From Oceanococcaceae bacterium (GTDB taxonomy: Bacteria > Pseudomonadota > Gammaproteobacteria > Nevskiales > Oceanococcaceae): DNA of 37,469 bases. The DNA lies in contig JBFHON010000001.1 of NCBI GenBank assembly GCA_041593295.1, positions 1 to 37,469 on the forward strand. Direction: 5' to 3'. The position numbers and the translations under genes were made by a program. Positions 18,017-27,903 of this stretch are shown here, piece by piece. Position 1 is the stretch's first letter; the number at the start of each line of letters is the position of its first letter. The notes below the pieces were generated by a model that was not told the origin of the DNA, made no database searches, and saw only the letters and a program-made list of their open reading frames with translations.

Positions 18017-18649
18017 GTGATGAGATTCCTTGCAGCACTGGGCGGGGCAACCGTTGTAGCCCTGTTCCTGTTCTGGGTAATGCAATACCTGGTGCTGGGG
18101 CAGGCCAAGCAGGTTGATAAGGCACCGGGGCTGGGTGGCGTGGATTTCGTGCGTCTGAAGCGCGATGAAAGCACGGAAACCCGGCAGCGCCAGGTACCCA
18201 AGAAGCCACCACCGCCGAAGAAGCCACCACCGCCACCGAAGATGAAGGTGGCACAGGCCAGCAAACCCAACCCGCAACCTCAGCAGTTCAACGTGCCAAA
18301 CGTGAAATTGCCGGTGGGCGCTGGTGGCGGTCCGTTCCTGGGCAGCTACCAGAAAGGCTCGGACTTCCAGGGGGATGGGGAACTGATCCCGCTGGTCCGG
18401 ATTGCCCCGCAATACCCGCGGAACGCCGCGCGTGACCGGATCGAAGGCTGGGTGAAACTGGAATTCACGATCAACCCGGACGGAACCGTATCCAACCCCA
18501 AGGTGTCTGAAGCACAGCCGCGACGGGTTTTCGACTCGGCCGCTCGCCGGGCGATCCTGAAGTGGAAATTCAAACCTCGCATCGTTGACGGGAAACCGGT
18601 GGCTCACCAGGCCACACAAACGATCGAATTCAAGCTGGCGGCTGAATGA
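18017..18649 (+). CDS. tonB: TonB energy transducer
   Basis: N-terminal TM segment, Pro/Lys spacer (KKPPPPKKPPPPPKMK), and a C-terminal TonB domain (PQYPRNAARDRIEGWVKLEFTINPDGTVSNPKV). Confidence 0.9.
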   Translation: MMRFLAALGGATVVALFLFWVMQYLVLGQAKQVDKAPGLGGVDFVRLKRDESTETRQRQVPKKPPPPKKPPPPPKMKVAQASKPNPQPQQFNVPNVKLPVGAGGGPFLGSYQKGSDFQGDGELIPLVRIAPQYPRNAARDRIEGWVKLEFTINPDGTVSNPKVSEAQPRRVFDSAARRAILKWKFKPRIVDGKPVAHQATQTIEFKLAAE

Positions 18650-19866
18650 TGCGTATGACATTCATTGCACGACTGGTTGCCGTACTGCTGGTGACCTGGG
18701 GCGGCTTCGTTTCGGCACAGACCCTGTCCGAGGCCACCTATCGCAGGTTGACAACCATTCACGAGCTCATCGGTGAAGAGGAGTATGCAGAAGCGCTGCA
18801 GAAACTCGACAAGCTGATGCCGTCGACCAAGTACAGCCCGTATGAAACGGCGATGGTCCTGCAGACCTACGGGTTTGTCTGGGCGCAACGTGGCGACTAC
18901 CGCAAGGCTGCCGACTACTTCCGCAAGGCCATCGACCTGGGCGCTCTGCCTGAGCAGCAGGTCGAGAGCATGAAGTACAACCTGGGTCAGTTCCAGGTGG
19001 CGGTCGAGGAGTATCGCGAAGGTGTCAAAACCCTCGAGGATTACTTCGCCACGGCGAAAAACCCGATCCCGCCGGACGCCCGGGTTCTCCTGGCCACGGC
19101 CTACGCGCAGTTGAAGCAGTACCGCAAGGCACTGCCGCACCTCACGCGGGCGATCAGGGAACATTCGGATCCGAAGGAGATGTGGTTCCAGCTGAAGCTG
19201 GCGATGCACTACGAAACCAACGACTACAAGTCGTGTGCAAACACCTTGCTCGAGATGATCTCGCGTTTCCCGCTGAAGGATCAGTACTGGAAACAGCTGT
19301 CCGGCATGTTCATGGAGCTGAAAAAGGACGAGGAAGCGCTGGCGATCCTTGCCCTGGCCGACCGCAAGGGTTTTCTTGATGACGAAAAGGAAGTCAAGAA
19401 CCTCGGCAACATGTACCTGTACCTGGACATTCCGTACAAGGCAGCCAAGATCGTCTCTGACGGGATGCGCAACGGTGTGATTTCCGGGAACGAGGACAAC
19501 TACGAGTTGCTTTCCAACGCCTGGATCGGCGCACGGGAAACCGACAAGGCGATCGATGCACTGTCCAAGGCGGCCGAGCTGACCGATGATGGTGAACTGG
19601 TGCTGCGGCTGGCCTACCTGTACGTGGAACGTGAGGATTGGGGCAAGGTGATCCCGACCCTGGAGCAGGCGCGCAAACTGGGTGTGGACAAGCCGGGTGA
19701 AGCGGCCATGCTGCAAGGCATTGCCGCAGCCGAACTGGGGCGCTTCGACGAAGCGCAAGCCGCCTTCCGCGTTGCCGCCAAGCATGAAGGCACCAAGGAA
19801 GAGGCGCTCGCCTGGCTGAACCATGCTCGTAGCCTGCAGGCGGAACTGGAACAGGACGACAGCTGA
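18646..19866 (+). CDS. TPR-repeat protein (TtpD-like, TonB2-system associated)
   Basis: 406 aa with a signal peptide and repeated TPR-like helices. ATGA start/stop overlap with tonB. Confidence 0.75.
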   Translation: MMRMTFIARLVAVLLVTWGGFVSAQTLSEATYRRLTTIHELIGEEEYAEALQKLDKLMPSTKYSPYETAMVLQTYGFVWAQRGDYRKAADYFRKAIDLGALPEQQVESMKYNLGQFQVAVEEYREGVKTLEDYFATAKNPIPPDARVLLATAYAQLKQYRKALPHLTRAIREHSDPKEMWFQLKLAMHYETNDYKSCANTLLEMISRFPLKDQYWKQLSGMFMELKKDEEALAILALADRKGFLDDEKEVKNLGNMYLYLDIPYKAAKIVSDGMRNGVISGNEDNYELLSNAWIGARETDKAIDALSKAAELTDDGELVLRLAYLYVEREDWGKVIPTLEQARKLGVDKPGEAAMLQGIAAAELGRFDEAQAAFRVAAKHEGTKEEALAWLNHARSLQAELEQDDS

Positions 19867-19872
19867 ATGAGC

Positions 19873-19901
19873 GGAAGTGCTGATCGGGGATCAGCACTTC
19901 C
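19873..19901 (+). other. Perfect 13-bp stem hairpin without U-tract
   Basis: GGAAGTGCTGATC-ggg-GATCAGCACTTCC. It lies 7 nt after the TPR gene stop and 13 nt before the marC ATG. Confidence 0.6.
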
Positions 19902-19913
19902 GTCAGCGGTTAC

Positions 19914-20552
19914 ATGATGCTTGCGTACGCGATCGACACCTTCGTCACCTTCCTGGTCATTGTCGATCCCATAGGGCTGGCGCCGATCTTTATCGGGCTC
20001 GCTGGCATGATGCCGCGACGGGAACAGCGCCGGATCGCCATCCGCGGTGTGGTCATCGCGACGGGCATCCTGTTGGGGTTTGCCTTTCTGGGTGGCCCTA
20101 TACTGAACGGTCTTGGTGTATCGCTGGCCGCCCTGCGGATTGCCGGCGGTCTGTTGCTGTTCCTGCTTGCCGTCGACATGCTGTTCGCCCGGCGCACCGG
20201 GCTGAGTTCGACCACGAAGAGTGAATCGGAAGAAGCGGCGCATCGCGAAGACATCAGTGTCTTTCCACTGGCGATCCCGCACATTGCGGGGCCTGGAGCC
20301 ATTACCGCCATTCTGCTCATGGTCAGCGAGGCCGAGGGTGACCTGATCGAACTGAGTATTGGTCTGGCGGTCTTCCTTCTGGTCATGGCCATGACCGCCG
20401 CGGCATTGCTGCTTGCCGGGCAACTCACCAAGATTCTGGGTGAAATCGGTGCGAATGTGATTAGTCGGGTGCTGGGAGTGTTGCTCGCGGCGCTCGCTGT
20501 ACAGTTTGTGATTACTGGAAGTCTGGCTGTTTTTGCAGCGCAAGGGACCTAG
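19914..20552 (+). CDS. MarC family (UPF0056) integral membrane protein
   Basis: 212 aa, six hydrophobic segments. The N-terminus (FVTFLVIVDPIGLAPIFIGL) is typical of MarC/UPF0056. Confidence 0.8.
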   Translation: MMLAYAIDTFVTFLVIVDPIGLAPIFIGLAGMMPRREQRRIAIRGVVIATGILLGFAFLGGPILNGLGVSLAALRIAGGLLLFLLAVDMLFARRTGLSSTTKSESEEAAHREDISVFPLAIPHIAGPGAITAILLMVSEAEGDLIELSIGLAVFLLVMAMTAAALLLAGQLTKILGEIGANVISRVLGVLLAALAVQFVITGSLAVFAAQGT

Positions 20553-22439
20553 ATGAAAAAGCTGATTGTGGCTGCGATTGCAGCGTTTCCCCTGTGGGTA
20601 CATGCGGACGCCACGAGTGAGGCCGCGCATGTGCAGTTCGAGCAGATCCTGGGCCAGGTTGGCGGAACACAGCAGGCCTTTTCGCCGCGGATCAATCGGC
20701 TGATCGGCTGGTCCGGTTCTGGCATGCGGCAATTGTCAGCTGCGGAAAAGCTGGACCAACTGATTGCGGCGCACTGGGACTGGAGTCAGTTGATTTCACC
20801 GGAAAATGCGACCTTTATCGGCTATGCCGGGCAGAACGGGCGCTGGTCCGATCTGTCGCTGGAGAACCTGCGCCGGACCGAGGCGCTGGAAAGCCAGTTC
20901 CTGCAGGTTCTGCAGTCGATTGATGAATCTCAGCTCAGCCGTGACCAGCGGCTCAATCTGCTTCTTCTGCGTCAGCAAACCGCACATGACGTTGCCGGTC
21001 ACGCCTTCCCCGATGAGCTGATGCCGGTCAATCAGATGTTTGGCCTCCAGACCTGGGTCGCCTCTGTGCTGGGCGCTCAGCCGCTGTTCACTGCACAGGA
21101 CCGCGCGGATTTCATGGCCCGGTTGCAGGGTATTCCCGCGCTGTTGACGCAAATGAAAGAATTGCTGCAACGGGGCCTGGAAGCCGGCGTGACACCTCCG
21201 CGCATCACGCTGGCCAAGGTGCCGCAACAGTTCCTGGAACTGGCGCCGGAGGACGGGCGAAAATCGCCGCTGTTGCAATCATTCGCCCGCTTGCCGGCCG
21301 GTATCAGCGACGCTGATCGCGCGGCTTTTGAATCGCGCGCCCTGAAGTTGTACGCCGAGGAAGTGCGGCCAGCCGTACTCGCCGCCTATCTCTACGTGCG
21401 CGACGAGTATCTGCCCAAATCCGTGCGTGCCACCGGGCTGTCGAACCTGCCTGATGGCAAGGCCTGGTACGCCCACGAAGCGCGCGGCTACACAACCACC
21501 GATATGACCCCGAAGGAAATCCATGAAGTGGGTCTGGCCGAGGTCAAGCGCATTCGGGGGGAAATCGAGGCGTTGATGGCCGAGGTTGGCTTCAAGGGGA
21601 CCATTCCGGCCTTTGTCGCCAAGACCAAAAAAGACCCCAAGTGGTACTACACCGACAAGGACGAGTTCGTGCGCGACTACCGCGCGCTGGGCAAACTGGT
21701 TGATGCACGGCTCCCGCGGGTATTCCGCACTTTTGCGGCGTTGCCGTATGGCATCGAGGAAGTGCCGGAGTTTCGTGCCAAGGGTTCGCCGGCGGCCTAC
21801 TACCTGCCGGGAAGCGCCGAATTTGGTCGCCCGGGGGTGTTTTACGTGAATACGGCCCGCATGGCGGACTCGCCCAGCTACGAAATGGAAGCGCTGCTGC
21901 TGCATGAAGCCGTTCCCGGTCACCATTTCCAGATCGCACTGGCACAGGAAATCCGCGACGTTCCGGAGTTCCGCAAGAACAGCTTCTTCACCGCCTACAT
22001 TGAGGGGTGGGGGCTGTACGCCGAGAGTCTCGGTCCGGAACTGGGTCTGTACAACGACCCCTATTCACGTTTCGGCGCACTGACATTCGAAATCTGGCGC
22101 GCCATTCGCCTGGTGGTCGACACCGGCATGCACACCATGGGCTGGTCGCGTGAGCAGGCGATTACCTATTTTGCCGAGAATACGGGGCGCTCGCGGGATC
22201 GCATTGAAGCCGAGGTGGACCGCTATCTGGTCATGCCCGGGCAGGCGCTGGCGTACAAGATCGGGCAGCTGAAAATCCGCGAACTGCGGACACGGGCCGA
22301 GGAAGCGCTGGGCGAAGGTTTCGATGTTCGCAGCTTCCACGATGTGGTGCTTGGCTCGGGCTCGGTGCCCCTGTCGGTGCTGGAGTCGCTGGTGGATGAA
22401 TGGAACGCACAAATGCAAACAACTGAGGTGGACGCATGA
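20553..22439 (+). CDS. DUF885 family protein (putative secreted metallopeptidase)
   Basis: 628 aa, signal peptide MKKLIVAAIAAFPLWVHA, and the family-typical HEAVPGHHFQ (HExxGH-like) motif near the C-terminal third. Its ATG directly abuts the marC stop. Confidence 0.8.
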   Translation: MKKLIVAAIAAFPLWVHADATSEAAHVQFEQILGQVGGTQQAFSPRINRLIGWSGSGMRQLSAAEKLDQLIAAHWDWSQLISPENATFIGYAGQNGRWSDLSLENLRRTEALESQFLQVLQSIDESQLSRDQRLNLLLLRQQTAHDVAGHAFPDELMPVNQMFGLQTWVASVLGAQPLFTAQDRADFMARLQGIPALLTQMKELLQRGLEAGVTPPRITLAKVPQQFLELAPEDGRKSPLLQSFARLPAGISDADRAAFESRALKLYAEEVRPAVLAAYLYVRDEYLPKSVRATGLSNLPDGKAWYAHEARGYTTTDMTPKEIHEVGLAEVKRIRGEIEALMAEVGFKGTIPAFVAKTKKDPKWYYTDKDEFVRDYRALGKLVDARLPRVFRTFAALPYGIEEVPEFRAKGSPAAYYLPGSAEFGRPGVFYVNTARMADSPSYEMEALLLHEAVPGHHFQIALAQEIRDVPEFRKNSFFTAYIEGWGLYAESLGPELGLYNDPYSRFGALTFEIWRAIRLVVDTGMHTMGWSREQAITYFAENTGRSRDRIEAEVDRYLVMPGQALAYKIGQLKIRELRTRAEEALGEGFDVRSFHDVVLGSGSVPLSVLESLVDEWNAQMQTTEVDA

Positions 22440-24040
22440 CGCGCGCAACATGGGGGCGCCTGATCGGGGCGGCAACCCTGGTCATGGCAGTGACGGCTGC
22501 CCCGGCGGTGGAACTGGCCGCTGAGCAAATCCTGCACAAGGGCAACGGTGCCGAGCCGCAGACGCTTGACCCGCACAAGGCCGAAGGGGTGCCTTCTTCG
22601 AACATTCTGCGCGACCTCTACGAGGGGCTGACCTCCGAATCGCCGAATGGCGACATCATCCCCGGTGGTGCCAGCCGCTGGGAGATCAGCGAAGACGGCC
22701 GGGTCTACACCTTCTACCTGCGGGAGAACGCCCGCTGGTCGAATGGCGACCCCGTGGTGGCCGCGGACTATGTCTTTGGTCTGCGTCGCAGCGCCGACCC
22801 GGCCACCCTGTCCAAATACTCGCAGATCCTGTCCTCGATCCAGAATGCCGAGGCCGTCGTGGCCGGCAAGCTGCCGCCCGAAGAGCTGGGCGTGAAGGCG
22901 CTGGACGACTACACGGTCGAGATCACGCTGAAGGCGCCTACGCCCTACTTCCTGGGGCTGCTCAATCACTCCAGCACCTTTCCGATCCACCGCAAATCGG
23001 TCGAAGAATTTGGTGATCGCTTTTCCCGGCCGGGCAACCTCGTGGGCAACGGGGCCTTCATGCTGAAAGACTGGGTCGTCCAGTCGCACATCCACCTCGT
23101 CAAGAACCCGGCCTACTGGGATGCGGACAATGTGACCTTGACCGAGGTGTACTACCACGCGACGGAAGACCAATCCTCCGAGCTGAAGCGTTACCGTGCC
23201 GGTGAGTTGCACTGGACCAACGAAGTCCCGCTGGCGCAGGTGAAGTGGATTCGCGAGAACATGCCGGACGAGTTCAAGGTATCGACCTACCTGGGTGTGT
23301 ACTACTACGGCTTCAACCTGACCCAGCCCCCGTTCAAGGACAACCTGAATCTGCGCCGTGCGCTGACGATGGCCATCCAGCGGGAAATCATTGTCGAGAA
23401 GGTCACCCGCCTGGGCGAGCAGCCCGCTTATTCCTGGGTGCCATCCGGCGTGTACAACTATGGCACCCAGGTGCCCGAGTGGGCCAGCTGGCCCTGGGAA
23501 AAGCGGTTGGCCGAGGCGCGCAGGCTGTACAAACTGGCCGGGTATGACGACGAGAACCCGCTGCGGATCGAGCTGCGCTACAACACCAGCGAAAACCACA
23601 AGAAGGTCGCGGTCGCGATTGCGGCGATGCTCAAGCAGAACCTGGGCGTGCGGGTCAACCTGATCAACGAAGAATGGAAAGTGTTCCTCGAGACCCGCAA
23701 GCAGAAACGCGTCACGCAGCTTTTCCGCGCGGGCTGGATTGGTGACTACAACGATGCGAATACCTTCGCGGAATTGATGTACTCCACGCACGGCATCAAT
23801 GACCCCGGCTACAACAACCCGGAATACGATGCCCTGCTGGATGCCGCCGCTGTGGAGGGGGATTTCCAGAAGCGCCGGGAGATCCTCGAGCAGGCGGAGC
23901 GTATGCTGCTGGAAGACCAGCCGATCATGCCGATCTACTTCTATGTGTCGAAAAAGATGGTGAGCCCACGGATTGACGGCTTCGAGCCGAATATCATGGA
24001 CCATCACTACTCCAAGAATTTCCGATTGCTGGCGAAATAG
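22436..24040 (+). CDS. oppA: Oligopeptide ABC transporter substrate-binding protein
   Basis: 534 aa with a signal peptide. Family-5 SBP features (GNGAEPQTLDPHKAEG, WSNGDPVVAADYVF). ATGA overlap with the DUF885 stop and a GAGGTGG Shine-Dalgarno sequence. Confidence 0.9.
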   Translation: MTRATWGRLIGAATLVMAVTAAPAVELAAEQILHKGNGAEPQTLDPHKAEGVPSSNILRDLYEGLTSESPNGDIIPGGASRWEISEDGRVYTFYLRENARWSNGDPVVAADYVFGLRRSADPATLSKYSQILSSIQNAEAVVAGKLPPEELGVKALDDYTVEITLKAPTPYFLGLLNHSSTFPIHRKSVEEFGDRFSRPGNLVGNGAFMLKDWVVQSHIHLVKNPAYWDADNVTLTEVYYHATEDQSSELKRYRAGELHWTNEVPLAQVKWIRENMPDEFKVSTYLGVYYYGFNLTQPPFKDNLNLRRALTMAIQREIIVEKVTRLGEQPAYSWVPSGVYNYGTQVPEWASWPWEKRLAEARRLYKLAGYDDENPLRIELRYNTSENHKKVAVAIAAMLKQNLGVRVNLINEEWKVFLETRKQKRVTQLFRAGWIGDYNDANTFAELMYSTHGINDPGYNNPEYDALLDAAAVEGDFQKRREILEQAERMLLEDQPIMPIYFYVSKKMVSPRIDGFEPNIMDHHYSKNFRLLAK

Positions 24041-24068
24041 CCAGCCTACGGGGGGAACCGAAAAACTC

Positions 24069-24992
24069 ATGTTGCGTTATGCCTTCAAGCGCCTGGTGGG
24101 AGCCATACCCACACTGCTGGTGCTGATCACCCTGGCGTTTTTTATGATCCGAGTGGCCCCCGGTGGTCCCTTTGATAGTGAAAAATCGCTGCCACCCGAA
24201 ATCGAGGCCAATCTCAATGCGGCCTACCACCTGGATGAGCCGCTGATCCAGCAGTACGGTCGCTACATGCTGAGCATCCTGCAGGGGGATTTCGGCCCGA
24301 GCTTCCAGTACAAGGATTTCTCGGTCAATGAACTGATCGGGTCCGGGTTCAAGGTTTCGCTGACCATTGGCGGCTCGGCGCTGCTGCTGGCCTTGCTCGT
24401 GGGGTCGACGCTCGGGATCATTGCCGCATTGCGGCAGAACCAGGCTACCGACTACACGGTCATGACCATTGCCATGACGGGGATTTCGATACCGAACTTC
24501 GTCATCGCACCGCTGCTGATCCTGCTGTTTGCGGTCACCCTGGGCTGGCTACCGGCCGGGGGCTGGGATGGCGACGGGGTATCCAAGCTGATCCTTCCGG
24601 TGGTCTCGCTGTCATTGCCGTACATCGCCTACATCTCCCGGCTGATGCGTTCGTCGATGATCGAGACCCTGCGCTCGAACTACATCCGCACCGCCCGGGC
24701 CAAGGGGGTTGCCGAACACGTCATCATCCTCCGGCATGCGTTGAAACCCGCGTTCATGCCGGTGCTGTCATTCCTGGGCCCGGCGGCGGCGGCGATCATC
24801 ACCGGTTCCGTTGTGATCGAGAAGATTTTCGGCATTCCCGGTCTGGGTCGCTACTTCGTTCAGGGCGCCCTCAACCGCGACTACACGCTGGTCATGGGCG
24901 TGGTCGTTTTCTACGGCATCCTGATCATCGTGTTCAATTTCCTTGTCGACCTGCTCTACGGCGCGCTGGATCCGAAGGTACGCTATGACTAA
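24069..24992 (+). CDS. oppB: Oligopeptide ABC transporter permease
   Basis: Starts at MLRYAFKRLVGAIPTLLVLITLAFFMIRVAPGGPF, closely resembling the E. coli OppB N-terminus. Confidence 0.92.
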   Translation: MLRYAFKRLVGAIPTLLVLITLAFFMIRVAPGGPFDSEKSLPPEIEANLNAAYHLDEPLIQQYGRYMLSILQGDFGPSFQYKDFSVNELIGSGFKVSLTIGGSALLLALLVGSTLGIIAALRQNQATDYTVMTIAMTGISIPNFVIAPLLILLFAVTLGWLPAGGWDGDGVSKLILPVVSLSLPYIAYISRLMRSSMIETLRSNYIRTARAKGVAEHVIILRHALKPAFMPVLSFLGPAAAAIITGSVVIEKIFGIPGLGRYFVQGALNRDYTLVMGVVVFYGILIIVFNFLVDLLYGALDPKVRYD

Positions 24993-25899
24993 TCAACAGA
25001 TGGCCGATGCGCTGCAGGGCGTCGCCGAAGCCACAACCAACGAAGACGTCGCCGGCCGCAGCCTGTGGTTCGACGCCTGGCGTCGCCTCAAGGCCAACCG
25101 CGCCGCACTGACGGCCGTCGCGGTTCTCGCATTCACCACCCTGCTGGTGCTGGTGGGGCCGTGGCTGTCAGCCTACGACTTCGACTACACCGATTGGGAT
25201 CACGTTTCGGAAGGGCCAAGTTTCGCCACCGGGCATTACTTCGGCACGGATGCCGTGGGCCGGGATCTGTTCGTGCGTACCCTGGAAGGGGGACGGATCA
25301 GTTTGCTGATTGGTGTCATCGCCACCGTGGTGTCACTGGTGATCGGGATTTCCTGGGGCGCGACAGCCGGCTATCTGGGTGGCCGGGTAGACAACATCAT
25401 GATGCGGATTGTCGACATTCTGTACGCCATGCCGTTCATGTTTTTCGTGATCCTGCTGATGGTCTTTTTCGGCCGCAATATCCTGCTGATATTCGTGGCG
25501 ATCGGGGCGATCAACTGGCTGGACATGGCGCGGATCGTGCGCGGGCAGACCATTTCGCTGAAACAGCGGGAGTTCGTGGAAGCCGCCGTGGCCTGCGGGG
25601 TGTCCACCCGTCGGATCATCTTCCGGCACATCGTCCCCAACCTGCTCGGGGTGGTGATCGTGTACGTCACGCTGACCATTCCCCAGGTGATTCTGGTGGA
25701 GTCCTTTCTGTCCTTCCTGGGCCTGGGGGTTCAGGAGCCGTTCACCAGCTGGGGCGCGCTGGTCAACGAAGGCGCTCAGGAGATGGAATCGGCACTCTGG
25801 ATGCTGGTCTTCCCGGCCGCTTTCCTCGCCATCACGCTTTTCTGCTTCAACTTCATCGGTGACGGGCTGCGTGATGCACTCGACCCCAAGGACCGGTGA
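24985..25899 (+). CDS. oppC: Oligopeptide ABC transporter permease
   Basis: Starts at MTNQQMADAL.... GRSLWFDAWRRLKANRAAL and GHYFGTDAVGRDLFVR resemble OppC. 8-nt overlap with oppB. Confidence 0.92.
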   Translation: MTNQQMADALQGVAEATTNEDVAGRSLWFDAWRRLKANRAALTAVAVLAFTTLLVLVGPWLSAYDFDYTDWDHVSEGPSFATGHYFGTDAVGRDLFVRTLEGGRISLLIGVIATVVSLVIGISWGATAGYLGGRVDNIMMRIVDILYAMPFMFFVILLMVFFGRNILLIFVAIGAINWLDMARIVRGQTISLKQREFVEAAVACGVSTRRIIFRHIVPNLLGVVIVYVTLTIPQVILVESFLSFLGLGVQEPFTSWGALVNEGAQEMESALWMLVFPAAFLAITLFCFNFIGDGLRDALDPKDR

Positions 25900-25911
25900 G
25901 GACAGACATTC

Positions 25912-26892
25912 ATGAGTAATAACAATTTGCTTGAGGTGCACAACCTCAAGGTGCGCTTCGCCACGCAGGATGGTGAGGTCGAGGCGGTCAACGGGGTGAA
26001 CTTCTCGCTGGCGGCGGGGGACACACTGGGGATCGTCGGTGAGTCGGGGTCCGGCAAGAGCCAGACCGTGCTGTCGATCATGGGTCTGCTCGCCGGCAAC
26101 GGCAAGGCCACCGGCAAGGTGGTGCTGAACGGACGCGACCTGCTGACGATGAACACGCGCGAACTGAATGTGGTGCGCGGTTCGAACATCGGGATGATTT
26201 TTCAGGACCCGATGACGTCACTGAACCCCTATCTGCGGATATCCACGCAGCTGACCGAAAGCCTGATGATCCACCGGGGCATGAGCAAGAAGGAGGCGCT
26301 GGCCCGGGCGATCGAGGTGCTCGATGCCGTCCACATTCCCGATGCGCGCAACCGTGTGCACTATTACCCGCACGAGTTTTCCGGCGGCATGCGCCAGCGT
26401 GTGATGATCGCCATGGCGCTGATGTGCAAACCGGAACTGATCATTGCCGACGAGCCGACCACGGCGCTGGATGTGACCGTGCAGGCACAGATCCTGCGCT
26501 TGCTGGATGAGCTGAAGCGCGATTTCGGCGTCGCCATCATCCTGATTACGCATGACCTTGGCGTGGTTGCCGGCCTGTGCGACAACGTGATGGTGATGTA
26601 CGGCGGTCAGGTGATGGAAACTGCCAGCCTCAACGACATATTCAACAACCCGCGGCACCCCTACACCCGTGGCCTGCTGAAAAGCGTGCCCCGGCTGGAC
26701 GAGAACGAGCATGGCCGTCTGCTGACGATCCCCGGGAACCCGCCGGATTTGATGCACCTCCCGGCCGGTTGTCCCTTCAGCCCGCGCTGTGTGGATGCTA
26801 CGGAGCAGTGCCGGACCGAACGACCGCTGCTGCGCTACCAGGATGACGACAGCGCACGTGCCTGCCTGCGGCCCATCGAGGAACTGTCATGA
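25912..26892 (+). CDS. oppD: Oligopeptide ABC transporter ATP-binding protein
   Basis: Walker [13 protein letters not shown] signature FSGGMRQR, Walker [12 protein letters not shown], and the oligopeptide C-terminal extension. Confidence 0.93.
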   Translation: MSNNNLLEVHNLKVRFATQDGEVEAVNGVNFSLAAGDTLGIVGESGSGKSQTVLSIMGLLAGNGKATGKVVLNGRDLLTMNTRELNVVRGSNIGMIFQDPMTSLNPYLRISTQLTESLMIHRGMSKKEALARAIEVLDAVHIPDARNRVHYYPHEFSGGMRQRVMIAMALMCKPELIIADEPTTALDVTVQAQILRLLDELKRDFGVAIILITHDLGVVAGLCDNVMVMYGGQVMETASLNDIFNNPRHPYTRGLLKSVPRLDENEHGRLLTIPGNPPDLMHLPAGCPFSPRCVDATEQCRTERPLLRYQDDDSARACLRPIEELS

Positions 26893-27860
26893 GCGCCCCC
26901 TTGCTGAAACTGGAAGACGTTCGGGTTCACTTCAAGATTCCCAATGGCGTTTTCGATACCAAGACCCTGAAGGCCGTCGATGGCGTCAGCTTCGAGCTGG
27001 AAGCCGGATCGACCATGGGTGTGGTCGGTGAGTCCGGCTGCGGGAAGTCGACCCTGGCCCGGGCGATTCTGGGCATTCATCCGCCCACCTCCGGGAAGAT
27101 CTGGCTGAACGGCGAAGAGCTGACCGGCAAGACCCCCCGGCAGATGCGCCCGTACCGGGAAACCATGCAGGTGGTGTTCCAGGACCCGCTGGCCAGCCTG
27201 AACCCGCGCATGACGGTGGGCGAGGCCATCGCCGAACCGCTGCGCGTATTCAAGCCGAAAATGTCGGCCGCGGACCGGCGGCGCAAGGTCCGGGATTCCA
27301 TGGAACTGGTCGGCCTGCTGCCCAACCAGATCAACCGTTACCCGCACGAGTTCTCGGGCGGCCAGTGTCAGCGCATCGGGATTGCCCGTGCCCTGGCGGT
27401 CGAGCCGAAATTGCTGCTTTGCGACGAGCCGGTTTCCGCACTCGACGTGTCGATTCAGGCGCAGATCGTCAATCTGCTGATGGATCTGCAGAAGGAAATG
27501 GGTCTGTCGCTGCTGTTCATCGCCCACGATCTTGCGGTGGTGCGGCATATTTCCGACCGGGTGCTGGTGATGTATCTCGGCCGGGCAATGGAACTGTCCG
27601 ACCGTGACGAGCTCTATGCGGCTCCACAGCACCCGTATACCAAGGCGCTGATCGACGCCGTGCCGATTCCGGATCCGGAAAAGGAACGCAACAAGGAGAT
27701 CACCCTGTTGCACGGGGAGTTGCCATCCCCGCTGGCACCGCCCTCGGGCTGTGTATTCCGGACCCGCTGTCCGGTTGCGCAGTCCAGCTGCGCGACGGGC
27801 GTGCCGGAACTGGCACCGGCCAAGCAGGGCGGCGGTCTCGTTGCCTGCAAATTTGCCTGA
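26889..27860 (+). CDS. oppF: Oligopeptide ABC transporter ATP-binding protein
   Basis: Walker A GESGCGKST, signature FSGGQCQR, Walker B LLCDEPVSALD. 4-nt overlap with oppD. Confidence 0.93.
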   Translation: MSAPLLKLEDVRVHFKIPNGVFDTKTLKAVDGVSFELEAGSTMGVVGESGCGKSTLARAILGIHPPTSGKIWLNGEELTGKTPRQMRPYRETMQVVFQDPLASLNPRMTVGEAIAEPLRVFKPKMSAADRRRKVRDSMELVGLLPNQINRYPHEFSGGQCQRIGIARALAVEPKLLLCDEPVSALDVSIQAQIVNLLMDLQKEMGLSLLFIAHDLAVVRHISDRVLVMYLGRAMELSDRDELYAAPQHPYTKALIDAVPIPDPEKERNKEITLLHGELPSPLAPPSGCVFRTRCPVAQSSCATGVPELAPAKQGGGLVACKFA

Positions 27861-27903
27861 GGACTGCGAAAATTCGCGTTATCAACCACTGGGAAGCAAA
27901 ACA

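Noticed and set aside
18195-18245. Tandem AAGAAGCCACCACCGCC repeat in tonB
   Set aside because: It encodes the ordinary Pro/Lys-rich periplasmic spacer of TonB and is not an independent repeat element.
15612-19824. Minus-strand ORFs 15612..16967 (451 aa) and 18604..19824 (406 aa), and similarly 1123..2262 on the plus strand
   Set aside because: They are antisense to recognisable TonB2-system or NhaD genes. Composition bias is typical of non-coding frames in GC-rich DNA.
22223-24070. 615-aa minus-strand ORF
   Set aside because: It is antisense to oppA and the DUF885 3' end, with low-complexity Arg/Gly/Val/Gln-rich content and no recognisable domain.
25065-25862. 265-aa alternative-frame ORF inside oppC
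   Set aside because: It is on the same strand but out of frame with a clearly OppC-like protein, and its translation is Arg/Gly-rich.
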